Shown: positions 24,610 through 36,669 of the stretch, one piece after another | Layout of the letters: the number at the start of each line of letters is the position of its first letter | How positions within the stretch are numbered: position 1 is the stretch's first letter | Source: Tubiluchus corallicola | Lineage: Eukaryota > Animalia > Priapulida | Direction of reading: 5' to 3' | Length of the DNA: 64,000 nt | Assembly (NCBI GenBank): GCA_030141605.1 | Contig: JAQGDQ010002378.1 | Location: 1-64,000, forward strand | Translations under genes and position numbers: made by a program | Notes under the pieces: generated by a model | What the model was told of the DNA's origin: nothing | Databases searched by the model: none | Seen by the model: the letters and a program-made list of their open reading frames with translations, nothing else

Positions 24610-27600
24610 CTATAAATAGATCTTTCCTTCTATAACGACTACAGACTTGCCTCCAATCTCGACTCTCTTGTCTTCTCGTACATTCACGTAGACATCTCCT
24701 CCTCTTTTTGAGCACTGACGAGCTACAAAAACGCACAAAGCACATGACAAAATAACAACTTTGCAACTTTATTTTGATATTGTTCATAAGAAAAAAAGAT
24801 ATGATTTCAACAAGCCAAATAAAAATCAATCATGCACCCACCTATTCATTCATTCATTCAATCAATCAATCATTACATTCATTCACGAAAATTTGTTAGG
24901 CCTATATATTTACTTACTTGTTTAAGTTTTATATTTATTTGCAAATGAGGCAATATGGTGATATGAAACTGCACATGAAACTGAATTTAGATCAATAAAT
25001 GAACCTCCAAAGCAAAATTATAGTGTCATGCAAGTAAAACAGCTTCAGCCCCTAAATTCAGCCCGAAAATCAACTTGTGCAAGTCACAATTAAAAATATA
25101 TTTGTTTTGGTATACATTTATCAAAAGTAAAATACATGCAAAAACCAAAAGCCTTAAAATCACGTAGAATTGTGTACAAGAATAATAATCCCTTTACAGA
25201 TCATTTTTATATATCTATCAAGAATGTTTAGAACATATATATATATATATATATATATATAGGTCCATCATCTCTAAAATAAGTGGGAGAGTGTGCATAT
25301 GCATTAAAACCTCCAAAACTATCAAATCTTTAAGCTTTTTGCTGAAAATTGTCTTAAAATCTCTAAATCTCTTGTTTTTTAATTACTAACAAAAATTATT
25401 TTTCATTGTATTAATTATTTATACTAAAACTACATTGCTGTATAAAAAATTTTATACGAACAAAAGATTATTATTAATAATAATAAAAATGTGCAAAAAC
25501 AGCAAATTTCAAATGATGCAGAATTCACAGTCGAAGACATATATGTACGTAGCAGATGTGCTATGTAGCCAAGGAAATAAGGTCAAACTCAGTTTACACA
25601 TATTCCTGGAGCTGTGCTGGGCCCTGCTAGCTGTCTAAACGTACTAAACTAAGCGATAATACACTTCGCCAGAGTTTAAATGGAGCGCTAGATACTAATG
25701 ATAAATATGTACATCAAATAGGCATAAGCCAATACAAAAAATAGACATAATAGTACATCATGGAGGCGGTAAAAGGGTTAAGCAAGATACTGTTCCGGTA
25801 ACATATGCTGCACAAGTCTATGTGATATGGTATTGCAGGGCAGTAATTATACTTTGTGACTGGCCACTAAAAATATATATTGTTCAAAATAACAATTATA
25901 TTTTATAGCATTCTGTAATTTTTTGTGAAAAATTATGTAAACTAAGACGCAGTTATTTACAATGGCTGGAAATTTTCATTTTTTAACCTTTCGAGGACTT
26001 TACACACATTAAATTACAGTGTGCTGTACGACATTAAGTAAATCAAACCTATGTCGCTCTTTGTCAGCATGGTAATAATCTTGCACAGAATTTAAATTGA
26101 GATCTACTGACATACTGAAAAACATACAAAATCAGATCATAAACGAATAAGCATCATAAGTTAAATTATAACAAACGTCATAAAACAGCAAATTATCCTA
26201 CCTTGAAAAGTTGATTTTCCCAGCACTTTTTGCCAGTAACAACCAAATATAGTGTGAGCCGACCCTAACATAGTCAGAAATTAGTTGGAGATTACTGGCA
26301 TCAAACATTGCAAACTTTAAACATGCAAATATAATGAATTAAGATAGGCTTTTCATGTTTTTGAAAAAAAAACATTTCATGTTTTTGAAAATCAGGCCTA
26401 CAATGTATACTTTATTCACTGGAACTATTACCACATAAGTCCTTCTGTACTGGATAGAATATTTTGTGGCCAAAATTTCATTATTCTCATAAAAACTGCA
26501 AAGTTAGAAACCACCTCAACAGAAAAACCATAAAACTGGCAACTCCTTCAGTGACATAGTGATTTTCAGTCAGACTTAAGACAGAAAATGCAAGACTAAC
26601 ACAGAACAAAACTAAAACTAATCTTCATCTTAAAACTAGAGGCATGAGCCATGTCGTTTCAGCTGAACTCCAGGCAATTCACTTCTACAGTCGACCTAGC
26701 CGATAAGAAACCCAGCTTTAGTCGCACCAGCCACTCAGAGATGAGTGGAGCCAGCCGACATTTTTGCCGGCTGCGAAGATTTTAGCTCTTGCGAACAAGC
26801 CACTGCCAAAGCAGTGTCTAGTTTTTTGCTAGGTTACTGCTGTGTTTACCTGTCTTGAGGGCAGATTTCTTTTATTTTAGAGTTCTGCCTACCCAATGTC
26901 TACAATTGACATAACAGGCTTGTGATGATGACGAAATCACTGGGTGAAATTTGGCGAATGCACTACGGATTCGTGGTCATACTGTGTGCGTGTGCTGGCA
27001 GAGATACTATCTTTGAAAAATTTTTTAATGAGAAAGCAGTCAATTCAAAATTAAACACAAAAATAGGCAATGTTAGACACACGCATGGGATCATTTTAGT
27101 GTTTTGGTATTGATTTGGGCACTCTTGCAGTTTAGGTGGTTCTCTTCACACCCTACTATCTTCCTACATCAGTCCCACTGCCGACACTCTACCTGTTTTC
27201 CACTCCAAATCTTGCCTCTGTCTTCCACCCCATCGCCAAGCCTCCAAGAATGTAAAGCCGCCAAGAGTGCCAAGAACACCCAGCTGTCCAACCCAACATG
27301 CCATACTGAAAACTTGCCAAAACTAACTGATTGACTAACTGACTAGCTTATATAGCTAACTAACTAATTAACAATCTTCGTATAGCTACCTCTTTTGTAT
27401 GGCATGAAGCCTCAAATTATCGTATGTTCCAATATTAATTATTTTACTGTATAAACCACAACCCTAGTTGTGCTGCATTTCAAAAGAGAAAGAAAAGTTA
27501 CAAAACAACGCCAGTAGAGTACGCCACTTACTGGCAAACACAGACGCAGCAAAATGGTGCACATCAAGAATAATAAACATAATTTCTTTTGTTTAGCTTT

Positions 27601-30600
27601 ACTTTAAAGCAAAGATAATTATAATTAATTCATATATATCAATAGTATATTCATTCATTCTTACATAAACAATGCAAATTGTTTACCACAAACTGGATCT
27701 TCAGACGTTCCAATCCAGGGAAAAAAACTGCGGGAATAAAAGTCATAGCCGGAGTTGGCTGGAGCTTTAACCGTCAAGTGGACACCGTACAGTTTCATCA
27801 GGGATGTGTTAGCTGCAGGAAGAGCAAAAATATCCGGTGCCCTTGCTTCCAAGATCTCCCTGAAAATAAATGTCTCTTTATTGTTTTATCACGAATGACA
27901 GGATTAGCTTGTTGCTCACAGTGTCCTTAGCTGCAAAATTAAGCAACATGGGACCTTAAGCCACTGTTGGGCATATTTTCACTTCATCCACCAATAGCAT
28001 ACAGTGTTTCTGCTCAGAGCTTTTTACTTTCTGAAATGTTTTACCTAGCACCTTGTCAATATCTGTCGATGAAATAACTGACTGCAGCTTTCTTTTGCTG
28101 GGTAACACTAAAAAGTCACGCAGTTGTTCGTAATTGCAATGGGGAAATGACTCTATTGCAAAGCAATAATCAGACACTGTGAAAGTCTTATCACATAATA
28201 GTCGAAGCTGTCGTGTTAGAAATTTGAGCTTCTTGGCTTTAGCATTAACACTAGGAGATTGTTCTCGATTTTGAGCTAGTTCAAGTTCAAGAGACTTTGT
28301 CACTTTGTTGACAATATCATCAACATGATGAATGTGGTTGACAACAGAATTCACAACCGCGAAAAATTGTGAGTAAGAGGACAGTCCATTGTTCGGACTG
28401 AGGATTTTAATTAATGGCACACTGATCCCGTTTTTGAAAGCATACAGAGTAAGAGGGGAACACAAGGTAGGCTTATTGTGAACAATAATTGACATATAAC
28501 ATTGACTGTGGTCCTCTTCCATGAACATGCACACAAATTTGTCTTGTGCGCGAGATATAATGAGGTTCTGATACGTCTTATGCAGGTCTTTCTCAGGAGT
28601 GAATTCATTGAGATAAGTTATTTTATCCTTTTTAAAGAAATAATTCAGCTGCTGGTCCTCAGTTTTTGGAGGGCGAGGTGGTGGCTTTGGAGTGGGCAAG
28701 CATGATGTTGGAACGTTGAAAATACTGGGTGGATCCACTGGCTGGTGTGACCACCTGGAATTTTGACTATTTGAGTATCCGATGGCCAATGCTTTTCGCA
28801 AATGAAAAATTTCGATGGATCAACAACAAAGCCTTCGCGTGGGGGAAGAACACTTAGCCATTTCTGTTTTTCTACATGATCTCTTGGCAGTCTGAACACA
28901 CGACACTTGTTCTCCGTGTCATAGTTACCTTGTTAGGCATGCTGCTGAGCACAGATGTATAAAATCCACGAGAAATTTTGAAAATAATCCCAAAAGAAAC
29001 AAACACAAGCACGAAAACAACGCTTCACTTGACTTTGAACAATGACACATTAACAATGACAAAGCACTACTTCCGGTAAAACACACTTACGCCTAAAGTA
29101 GTGCGCTATTTAAGAAGTAAAAATGAACACTAATTTCCTTTGATACATAAAATAAACAATTGGAACTTTTCTCCCGTAATGTAAAGAACCAATTAAATGA
29201 AAAATAATACTCGCTATCTACCGATCCGTCCATTCTTTAATTTCCAAGATCACTACTCTCTAAAGCGCACTATTTCTAGATTACGTTCATTACAAGTATT
29301 GATCGCCTCCGCTGGCGGAATCAGAGATCTGACTGTGCACGTCCTGTTGTATAGTAGTCCTTGCCTGAAGGTAAAACACACACACACACATGAAGCCTTA
29401 TACTTACAACAATAATAACATCAATGACTAATGAATGAAAAATGAGACAATGAGAGAATGAACCCAACAATGGACTGAAACATAGTGTATTTTAAATTCT
29501 TTTTCATGTAAGTAGAACTCCTGCCAAAAGTTAAAAAGTAGACTGACTTCAGCTTTTGTTAATTGATTTCTGCACATAACTGTACATATCCCATAATTCA
29601 ATGGGGAGTGTGATGTATTAGCAACTTAATAGACCAAATTTTAAGTTAAATAAATAAAACAGGACTTTATAGCAAACAAATAAACAAACATACACAAACA
29701 CACTTCATAGAAATAGAGATTAATTGCAGATTTGTGCAATTTGCAGCAATTTTATAGTATGTATAATAACATGAAAGCAAATGAAAAGTGCAAAACGAAT
29801 GACACACGACAAACCAAATAAAAAATTATCAACATGCACACCTGGACACAGAATCTTGAAGACACACAATCATTTGTTGTATAACAGGAGCATACTCCAC
29901 ATCAACAATAGGTAAATCTCCAACAAGTACCTGTATTATAAAAAACATTCACGTAAGATTCTACAGTGTATTAAAGTTTGGACCAAAATACTTTTTACAA
30001 AGAAGAATTTAGATGACTTGACTGTTGCAAGAATGTTGATATTTTGTCGCACTGCTTTTGAGAGTAATGAAGCATTCATACTAGCAAATTTTCTCGCCAA
30101 GTAACTCGCAAGCACGTTCAGACTAAAGAACAAAATTCTCCAGCATGAAGTAAACACCAGCTGATACTCCTCCTCTATTCACTGGGAGCAGTGTCAAGAG
30201 TAACTCGCTGAGACTGTTCACACTAAACAGGAAATCATTTCGTAGCAACTGTCTGAAAGTGTGCAATGACTTGTCGATAGTAACTCGCAAAGCAGTTCAC
30301 ACTTGCAAGTTTGGTGTTAGAGAAAAACTCCCAACAGAAAACTCGCTAGTCTGAATGCACCCTTAGTTTTATCATAGCGGCATTGTCTCGTATCTTTAAT
30401 CTGTGGATTTCTAAATTTAATGCACAGAATGTCAGGTTAGTAATTGTGATAGTTGTTTGCTAAACTTCAACTAGTCCTATTGTAGGAGTGCTATGCAATC
30501 TAGAATCACCGAAAAGAGTGATATGATATACTTTACTATATTATGTAACAGTGTGTGTGTGTGGGTGTGTGCGTGCGTGTGCATGCATGCACGGGTGTGT

Positions 30601-33600
30601 AACAGCCAGTAAAAAGAAACAATAAAGTAACAGCAAGCGCTTCACTGCCACCATTACTGTAACCACCCCACCCCGTCCCACCTTTGAATAATTTCCATGC
30701 TCCTCTCATGCTGTCCCCCTCTTCAGGTAAATTCAAAAACTGAATAGGGTTAATTAAAACACCAAAAAATTGTCATAAAAGGCAAGAAAGCCCTTTACTT
30801 ACATAAAGCTAGAAAATGTGTCTTTTCTATTTACATGAGTATTGCAGGCAAGAAAGCCCTTTACTTACATAAAGCTAGAAAATGTGTCTTTTCTATTTAC
30901 AAGAGTATTGCAGGCAAGAAAGCCCTTTACTTACATAAAGCTAGAAAATGTGTCTTTTCTATTTACATGAGTATTGCAGGCAAGAAAGCCCTTTACTTAC
31001 ATAAAGCTAGAAAATGTGTCTTTTCTATTTACATGAGTATTGCAGGCAAGAAAGCCCTTTACTTACATAAAGCTAGAAAATGTGTCTTTTCTATTTACAT
31101 GAGTATTGCAGGCAAGAAAGCGTAATACTAAGTAATACAAGTAAGATAATACTAAGTAATATGCCTTCAAAAAAGTCTGTGCAAAGCTGCAATTTAGCTA
31201 TTGACCAAAAAAACAGCCCATATGATACATTTGAAAAACATGGCCAGCACACACAGTTAAAACGAGTAAGCCTGGAAATTTCCTAAAATACATAAATATA
31301 CCAAGGTGTCAGAATGTCTTCCAAACTGTCAACCACCTACCTGCTAAAAGCTTCAATGATAAAATTACTTACAACAAAAACCCAAGCAAACTTGTTTTAC
31401 AGCTCATTCAAAAGAGTAGGTACCTTTAAAAGCTCTTTCACATTTTCCTTGTTAACACTAATAGTTGGATTAGCAGGAAAATCAAGCAGAATCATATTGT
31501 CCTCTTTTTTTCTGGCAACAAGTGGTCCACTCAGCGTATCAAATGTAATCTCTGTAAATTCGTTACCTGTAATAATTTACATAGCTGTAGATATATTCAC
31601 TAGCTGCCTTTTAATTTCAGACCTGCCTATCATAATGATTATCAATTTCACAAATATTTAGAGCCTAATCGTAGCATTAGTGGATTAGCAATACAATCAA
31701 ATATTGCAATGCCTAATTGTAATTTCATTATTTGAATAGAATATGGTTTAGAATATGGTTAACAGGCACTATTTTTCTTTTCCAATTTTTTAAAGTGCAG
31801 ATAAAAAGAAGGGAAAGCTGACAGTCTCCTAAGAAAATGCCAAATATGATGAGAACTGAAAACAGCGGAATGCTTTAAGTCCTAAAATGCAAAAAAAGGC
31901 ACACAATCTCCAAGCAATAGAAGAAAAAAAAGCAAAACTGCATGGAAGCTTATTTGAAGTAAACACATTAGCACACAAATAAATTCACAGTGAATTCGTT
32001 TGGTATTAGGTTGGCAAATAAAAACTCCCTGATTTTCAAGACAACGTGAAAAATACTTATGGGATCGCCATAGAAGCCAGAGCCGTACCGCTTCAGCTCA
32101 GCTCCAGCCGGTTTATTTCTACAGTCGACCTAGCCGATAAGAAACCCAGCTTTAGTCGTGCCAGCCGCTCGGTGACGGAAGTCGAGGTAGCTGACATTTT
32201 TGCCGGCTGTGATGATTTTTGCTCTTGCGAAAAAGTCACTGGCATAGCAGTGTCCAGTTTTTGTTAGATTACTGCTGTGTTTACCTGTTTTGAGGACAGA
32301 TTTCTATTATTTTAGAATTTTGCCTGCCCAATGTCTAGAAATAATGTAACAGGCTTATGATGATGATGAAATCACTGGTTGCAATGCGGTCATATTGTAC
32401 GTGTGCTGGCAGAGATACTAAACTTCAGAAATTTTTGAATGAGAAAGCAGTCAATTCAAAATTAAATAAAATGCACAAATAGGCAACATTAGCCACAGGT
32501 ATGGGATCATTTTGGTGTTTAGTATTGATTTGTTGGTAATCCAGATAAGCCTTGCCAAGGGTTGGATTTAAATTATATTTTCAATAAATCCATTGCTAGA
32601 GTTGCCAGATTATAAGCCAGGAGATTTTTTTAACATCGCGAGTACATAAATTATGAGAGATATATGGCATATAAAGGGGCGTGCTGTCGAATCACTTAAA
32701 CCAGTTCACAAATAGAACTATTCAAACTAACACTAAATTGTTGCTGCAGGACATAAGAATCACAATCTGTCATTCGTAATGGTGAACTCCAGTAAGTAAG
32801 CCACTGAAGGAGTAATCATAAGTGTCAATTCCTGAACCAAGTTCACTTAGGAAAATTTAGGTTTTGGTCAACTTGGCCTAGTGTTTATGCAGCACAGTGG
32901 CGGTTGTGTATAAGTATCAGAACTGCAGCGCCCCCTATTTTCACTCAATATTATCGATAATATTCAATACAATAAGTCTTTTTTCTTTAGTTCTTTCTTT
33001 ATACTTGTACGGAACCAGAGCACATGATGGTGCTGCACTGCTAGCATCTGCAGTAAGGTAGAGAAAGTACTGTCACTCACACAGTTGTCAGTTGTCACGT
33101 TCTTAAAAACCATGTACCGGCATATTCTTGAACTGCAGCAATTTAGGCTATTCGTAAGCAAAGATTTTTTTGTTTAGGATTTTATCAAGTTTACGTATGT
33201 TTTTGTATGCTTGTTTGTTTAAAATTACAATTACAACATTAAAATTACTTCAGCCGAGCTAGCTGATTTACTATGTGAGTGTCAGATGATTTAGTAGCAA
33301 CTGACTCAGTTTCAGCCGAGTTAGCTGATTTACTGTGAGTGTCAGCTGATTTAGTAGCAACTGACTCAGTTTCAGCCGAGCTAGCTGATTTACTGTGTGA
33401 CTCAGCTGATTTAGTAGCAACTGACTCAGCTTCAGCTTCTAGATTTACATTTCTGTCCTGCTTAGCAAATTTACCAACACAAGAGAAAAGCACCGTGGCA
33501 GCAGCAAGAGTGGAATGACCGCACAGTTGGAATTCGCAGGCAGGGGTAAACCATCGTAGACCAAAACGGGAAGAATTCTTGAACGAATCGTTTTCTGTTG

Positions 33601-34579
33601 GCAGTGCAATGAAACCGGTTATCGGCAAGTTCATTTCGAAAGCAATTTTTTGCATTTTTGCATCGTCGATTACCTAAAATAGAATAACCGAAGGACTATA
33701 TACATCACAATGTCTACAGCCATTTAATAATATAACCCAAGAAATGCAGATTACACCACAATTCAACTAATAAAAACAACACAGCTTTTGGGCAGTTTGG
33801 GATACATTTTGAACATATAACATATCTGCTGTTTTGTACAGTTCAAATAATACACAGAATATCTATTCTAATTGCAAAAAGAAACTACAAAGCCTCAGTA
33901 GAGACGGAAACAACAACAACAACAAAATGCATTTTCTGCATTGATACTCATTGTAATTCTCACTTAAAATTATACTAACGCTTTATGAAAAACACCTACT
34001 GTTATAATAGATCCAAATACAAACATAACTGAAAGGCACAGTCACCATTATCCTGACATTATTATGACTGATGTTATAAGTTTAATTGATTACAAATTGA
34101 TTTCAGCTGTGACCAAATGGACACTTTTATTTTCATCTAACTTGTTAAATTTGTTTCAATATTTCTAAAAGGAAACCAGTGATTTTTATTATGCAAGCCT
34201 GTGATTTAAATATTATAATATAATGATTTATTTATTGTAACACAGTAGATTAATTGAGTTAATCGCATAAATAAATAACAAGAAACATTATCAGTTAGTA
34301 GTTAAAAACTCGTATCTTTACATAAATAAGAGTGCGATTAAGCCACATACATTGACTTTGATTTTGTGCTATAGGATCACAAGTTATTTGCAGTGAAGAA
34401 CAGTGCAATAAAAATAGCTGACAACAGATTAAGACGAAAAGTTTGTTAATGACAGATCATTAATTTACCTGATTGTGTGACACTAGACATACAACAGTAG
34501 CATTTCCAGCAAATGCCTGGCTTGTGAAAGCATCCACCACATATAAAGGCAACGTGCATCCCTTATTTAAACTTGTCAT
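24610..34579 (-). CDS. PBLD: PBLD / PhzF-family protein, copy 3, complete, 7 coding exons, 296 aa, divergent active-site motifs
   Basis: Exons 34579-34469, 33673-33475, 31566-31424, 29930-29842, 27859-27687, 26264-26202 and 24722-24610. Exon sizes match copy 2, the frame is open, and 21 aa differ from copy 2 by hand count (including NLSETC->NLPITG). Confidence 0.9.
27957..29363 (-). mobile_element. Truncated P-element-superfamily (THAP-domain) DNA transposon, 5' portion, in PBLD copy 3 intron 4
   Basis: ATG at 28940, then frameshifted THAP zinc finger (GNYD..VFRLP..KW..P..FICEKHW) and P-transposase N-terminus (YEQLRDFLVLPSKRKLQ..CMLLVDEVKI). The terminus begins CAAGGACTACTATAC; the element is absent from copy 2. 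Confidence 0.8.
30781..31121. repeat. 66-bp tandem repeat, 5 units, PBLD copy 3 intron 3
   Basis: Units start at 30781, 30847, 30913, 30979 and 31045; copies 1 and 2 have a single unit (1432-1497 in copy 1). Confidence 0.95.
32597..33248. mobile_element. hAT-like element left end with nested CAGTGGCGG-type MITE (32895-33248, truncated)
   Basis: Nearly identical to 47711-48190 in the calcineurin intron, apart from ~180 bp missing from the calcineurin copy. Confidence 0.7.
33249..33437. repeat. ~60-bp tandem repeat, 3 units, PBLD copy 3 intron 2
   Basis: ttcagccgag(c/t)tagctgatttactgtgagtgtcagctgatttagtagcaactgactcag repeated; copies 1 and 2 have one unit. Confidence 0.9.
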
Positions 34580-34674
34580 CTTGGTCTGTTGAGTAGAAAC
34601 AAAATGCAAATATGAAGCTAGAAATTTTTAATCTAGTATGTTGTCTGTATCGTATTACTTAATATACAAGTTAG

Positions 34675-35029
34675 TGTTGTGTTTAGTTTCTCTCGAAAGG
34701 CTCGTAGAGAAAACCAGAAAACACGCCGTCAAATAAAACTGCTTTATTTAGCGAGAATTCTACTATACAAAAGATGAAGGAACGTTGAAATGATTACAAT
34801 AAACGTGAAAATCTGGAAAACGTTTAAGTAAGTATAAATGCGTAAGTATAAGTCCGTGTTAGATCTGCGTGCGATCCCCTGTCGGCAGCCTGCTTCGCCT
34901 TATATAGCGCACTGCAGAAACTTCTGGAACAAATGTTCGAGAACAATCCAGACGCTAAAGCGGTCATCCCGACAGAACATTCTACGACGTTCTGTGCAAT
35001 TCTACTTGACGTCAGCGATCTCCACAACA
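34675..35029 (-). mobile_element. Solo LTR (355 bp), TGTTGTG...CACAACA, 5-bp TSD GTTAG (BEL/Pao- or Copia-like)
   Basis: GTTAG at 34670-34674 and 35030-35034; empty site in copies 1 and 2 (~4490, ~18877). Minus-strand TATATAA at 34900-34906 and AATAAA at 34743-34748. Confidence 0.88.
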
Positions 35030-36669
35030 GTTAGATCGTAAACATCTACCAAAAAACTTAAAACATTTAACACTTCACCTAATGATTTCAGACGCCTTAA
35101 GCCTGATTTTTGCACTCTGACTGCACTCAGTGCAATGTTCTAATTTTAAACTTCCAAAAGTTCAAAGAGGTGCTGTTATGTGGATCACGACATTTCTAAA
35201 GTTGACATACTTAAAAATGTAAATTATATTTATGTTCTAGTGGGCATGGTAATGATAAACAGACAAAAAATAATGATGAGCAAATTAAATCGCTGGAAAT
35301 ACCACTTGTGATAACATATGCAGGTAATCAATTGTGGAGCTATGTGCACATGTATTCTATCTATGAACGTATGTTATGTATGTACGGCGTGTATGCGGCA
35401 TGTACTTCTGGATTCTTAGCATACTGCTGGTTTGAGTTGAGCATTGGGGTGAGCATGTAATCTGTGTCGTGTAGCAAACTGATACAGCGTATTTGTAAAG
35501 GCAAACTTCAATAGCCAGAAACGAATGTTACTCTACATACTAATTATTCAGATCTTTATGAGAACAGGACATCTGTGTACTCTACTTTGTAATCCCTTTC
35601 CTCTCCCTCTGTATAAGGCAATCGTCCTAAACACCTTTCGACAGTCTTTTATTATTCAGGTCTGAGTCAGGCTTCAATTTGGCAGACACTGATTACACTA
35701 CTAGCTCATATGCACAAGCTATTGCACTGTTTTATGTCAATGACTATACAAAAATGAAGAACAAATACTATGTTACAAATAAACATTTTGAAAAACCAGC
35801 ATAAATATTTATTAATGAAGTGTTACAATCCCAATCAATGACGAAGATGTATATGAAGTATATGTACTATCTGTTGAAATGTCTGATGAATGCTAGGAGT
35901 GGGAGGGATGGGGGCATATATAGCACAGAAACTTATAAAAACTACAAAATCGTAAACTTTCAGTAATGTTTTAGTTTAACATTTGTATCACTAGATTGTT
36001 GTTGATGCACTGTCGCTGTTAAAATGTGGATATCTGAATGTAAATGTGTGAACATTATATTATAGTACTTACTCATTCCTAAGGCGGAATTAATCAAATA
36101 GCCTATCGTTAAACCTAATTACGACTCTCATATTTAATAACGTAGCACAATTATGTTAAAGAACCGCTTAATTAACGCGAATTAGTAGGTCAGATGAGAG
36201 CAGATCAATCATACTTGTTATTTACCTTATTCACCTTGATTGTAATTTCACCACAGATTTGACAATGGAAATTATTCAAGTTTATTACGACACTGATCTA
36301 GTTTAATGATCGGTAGGTTCTTTTCACGGTCTGTACAGTTTAAGCGCTACTAAATCTCAGCTGGACGTTTCTCAATGTTCGAAGACAATTAAAGCAAATA
36401 AAGGCCCAAGCATTATTTCTGACACTTGTTTAAACTGTTTTAAATATGTGCTTATATGTGCTTGACCCTCGTATTTACCTAAACACAGTAACTGCACAAT
36501 TCCTTACTAATGTTTATCAATCAGATTTTTTTTAATACTAAAGGTCATGAAAAATAAAATGTGTTTATATAAAACCTCAACTGCTGAATTTTGGTATCAA
36601 ACTTGACTACACTGAGCCTGGGTTTGAATCAGTGACCCACTAGGCAGTCAGAATTCTAAAATAAAAGAT

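Noticed and set aside
30835-31125. 22-aa repeat protein ORF
   Set aside because: Arises from the 66-bp intronic tandem repeat.
482-34579. Recent horizontal transfer of bacterial phzF
   Set aside because: The genes have six spliceosomal introns and metazoan PBLD-like motifs; no other phenazine genes are present.
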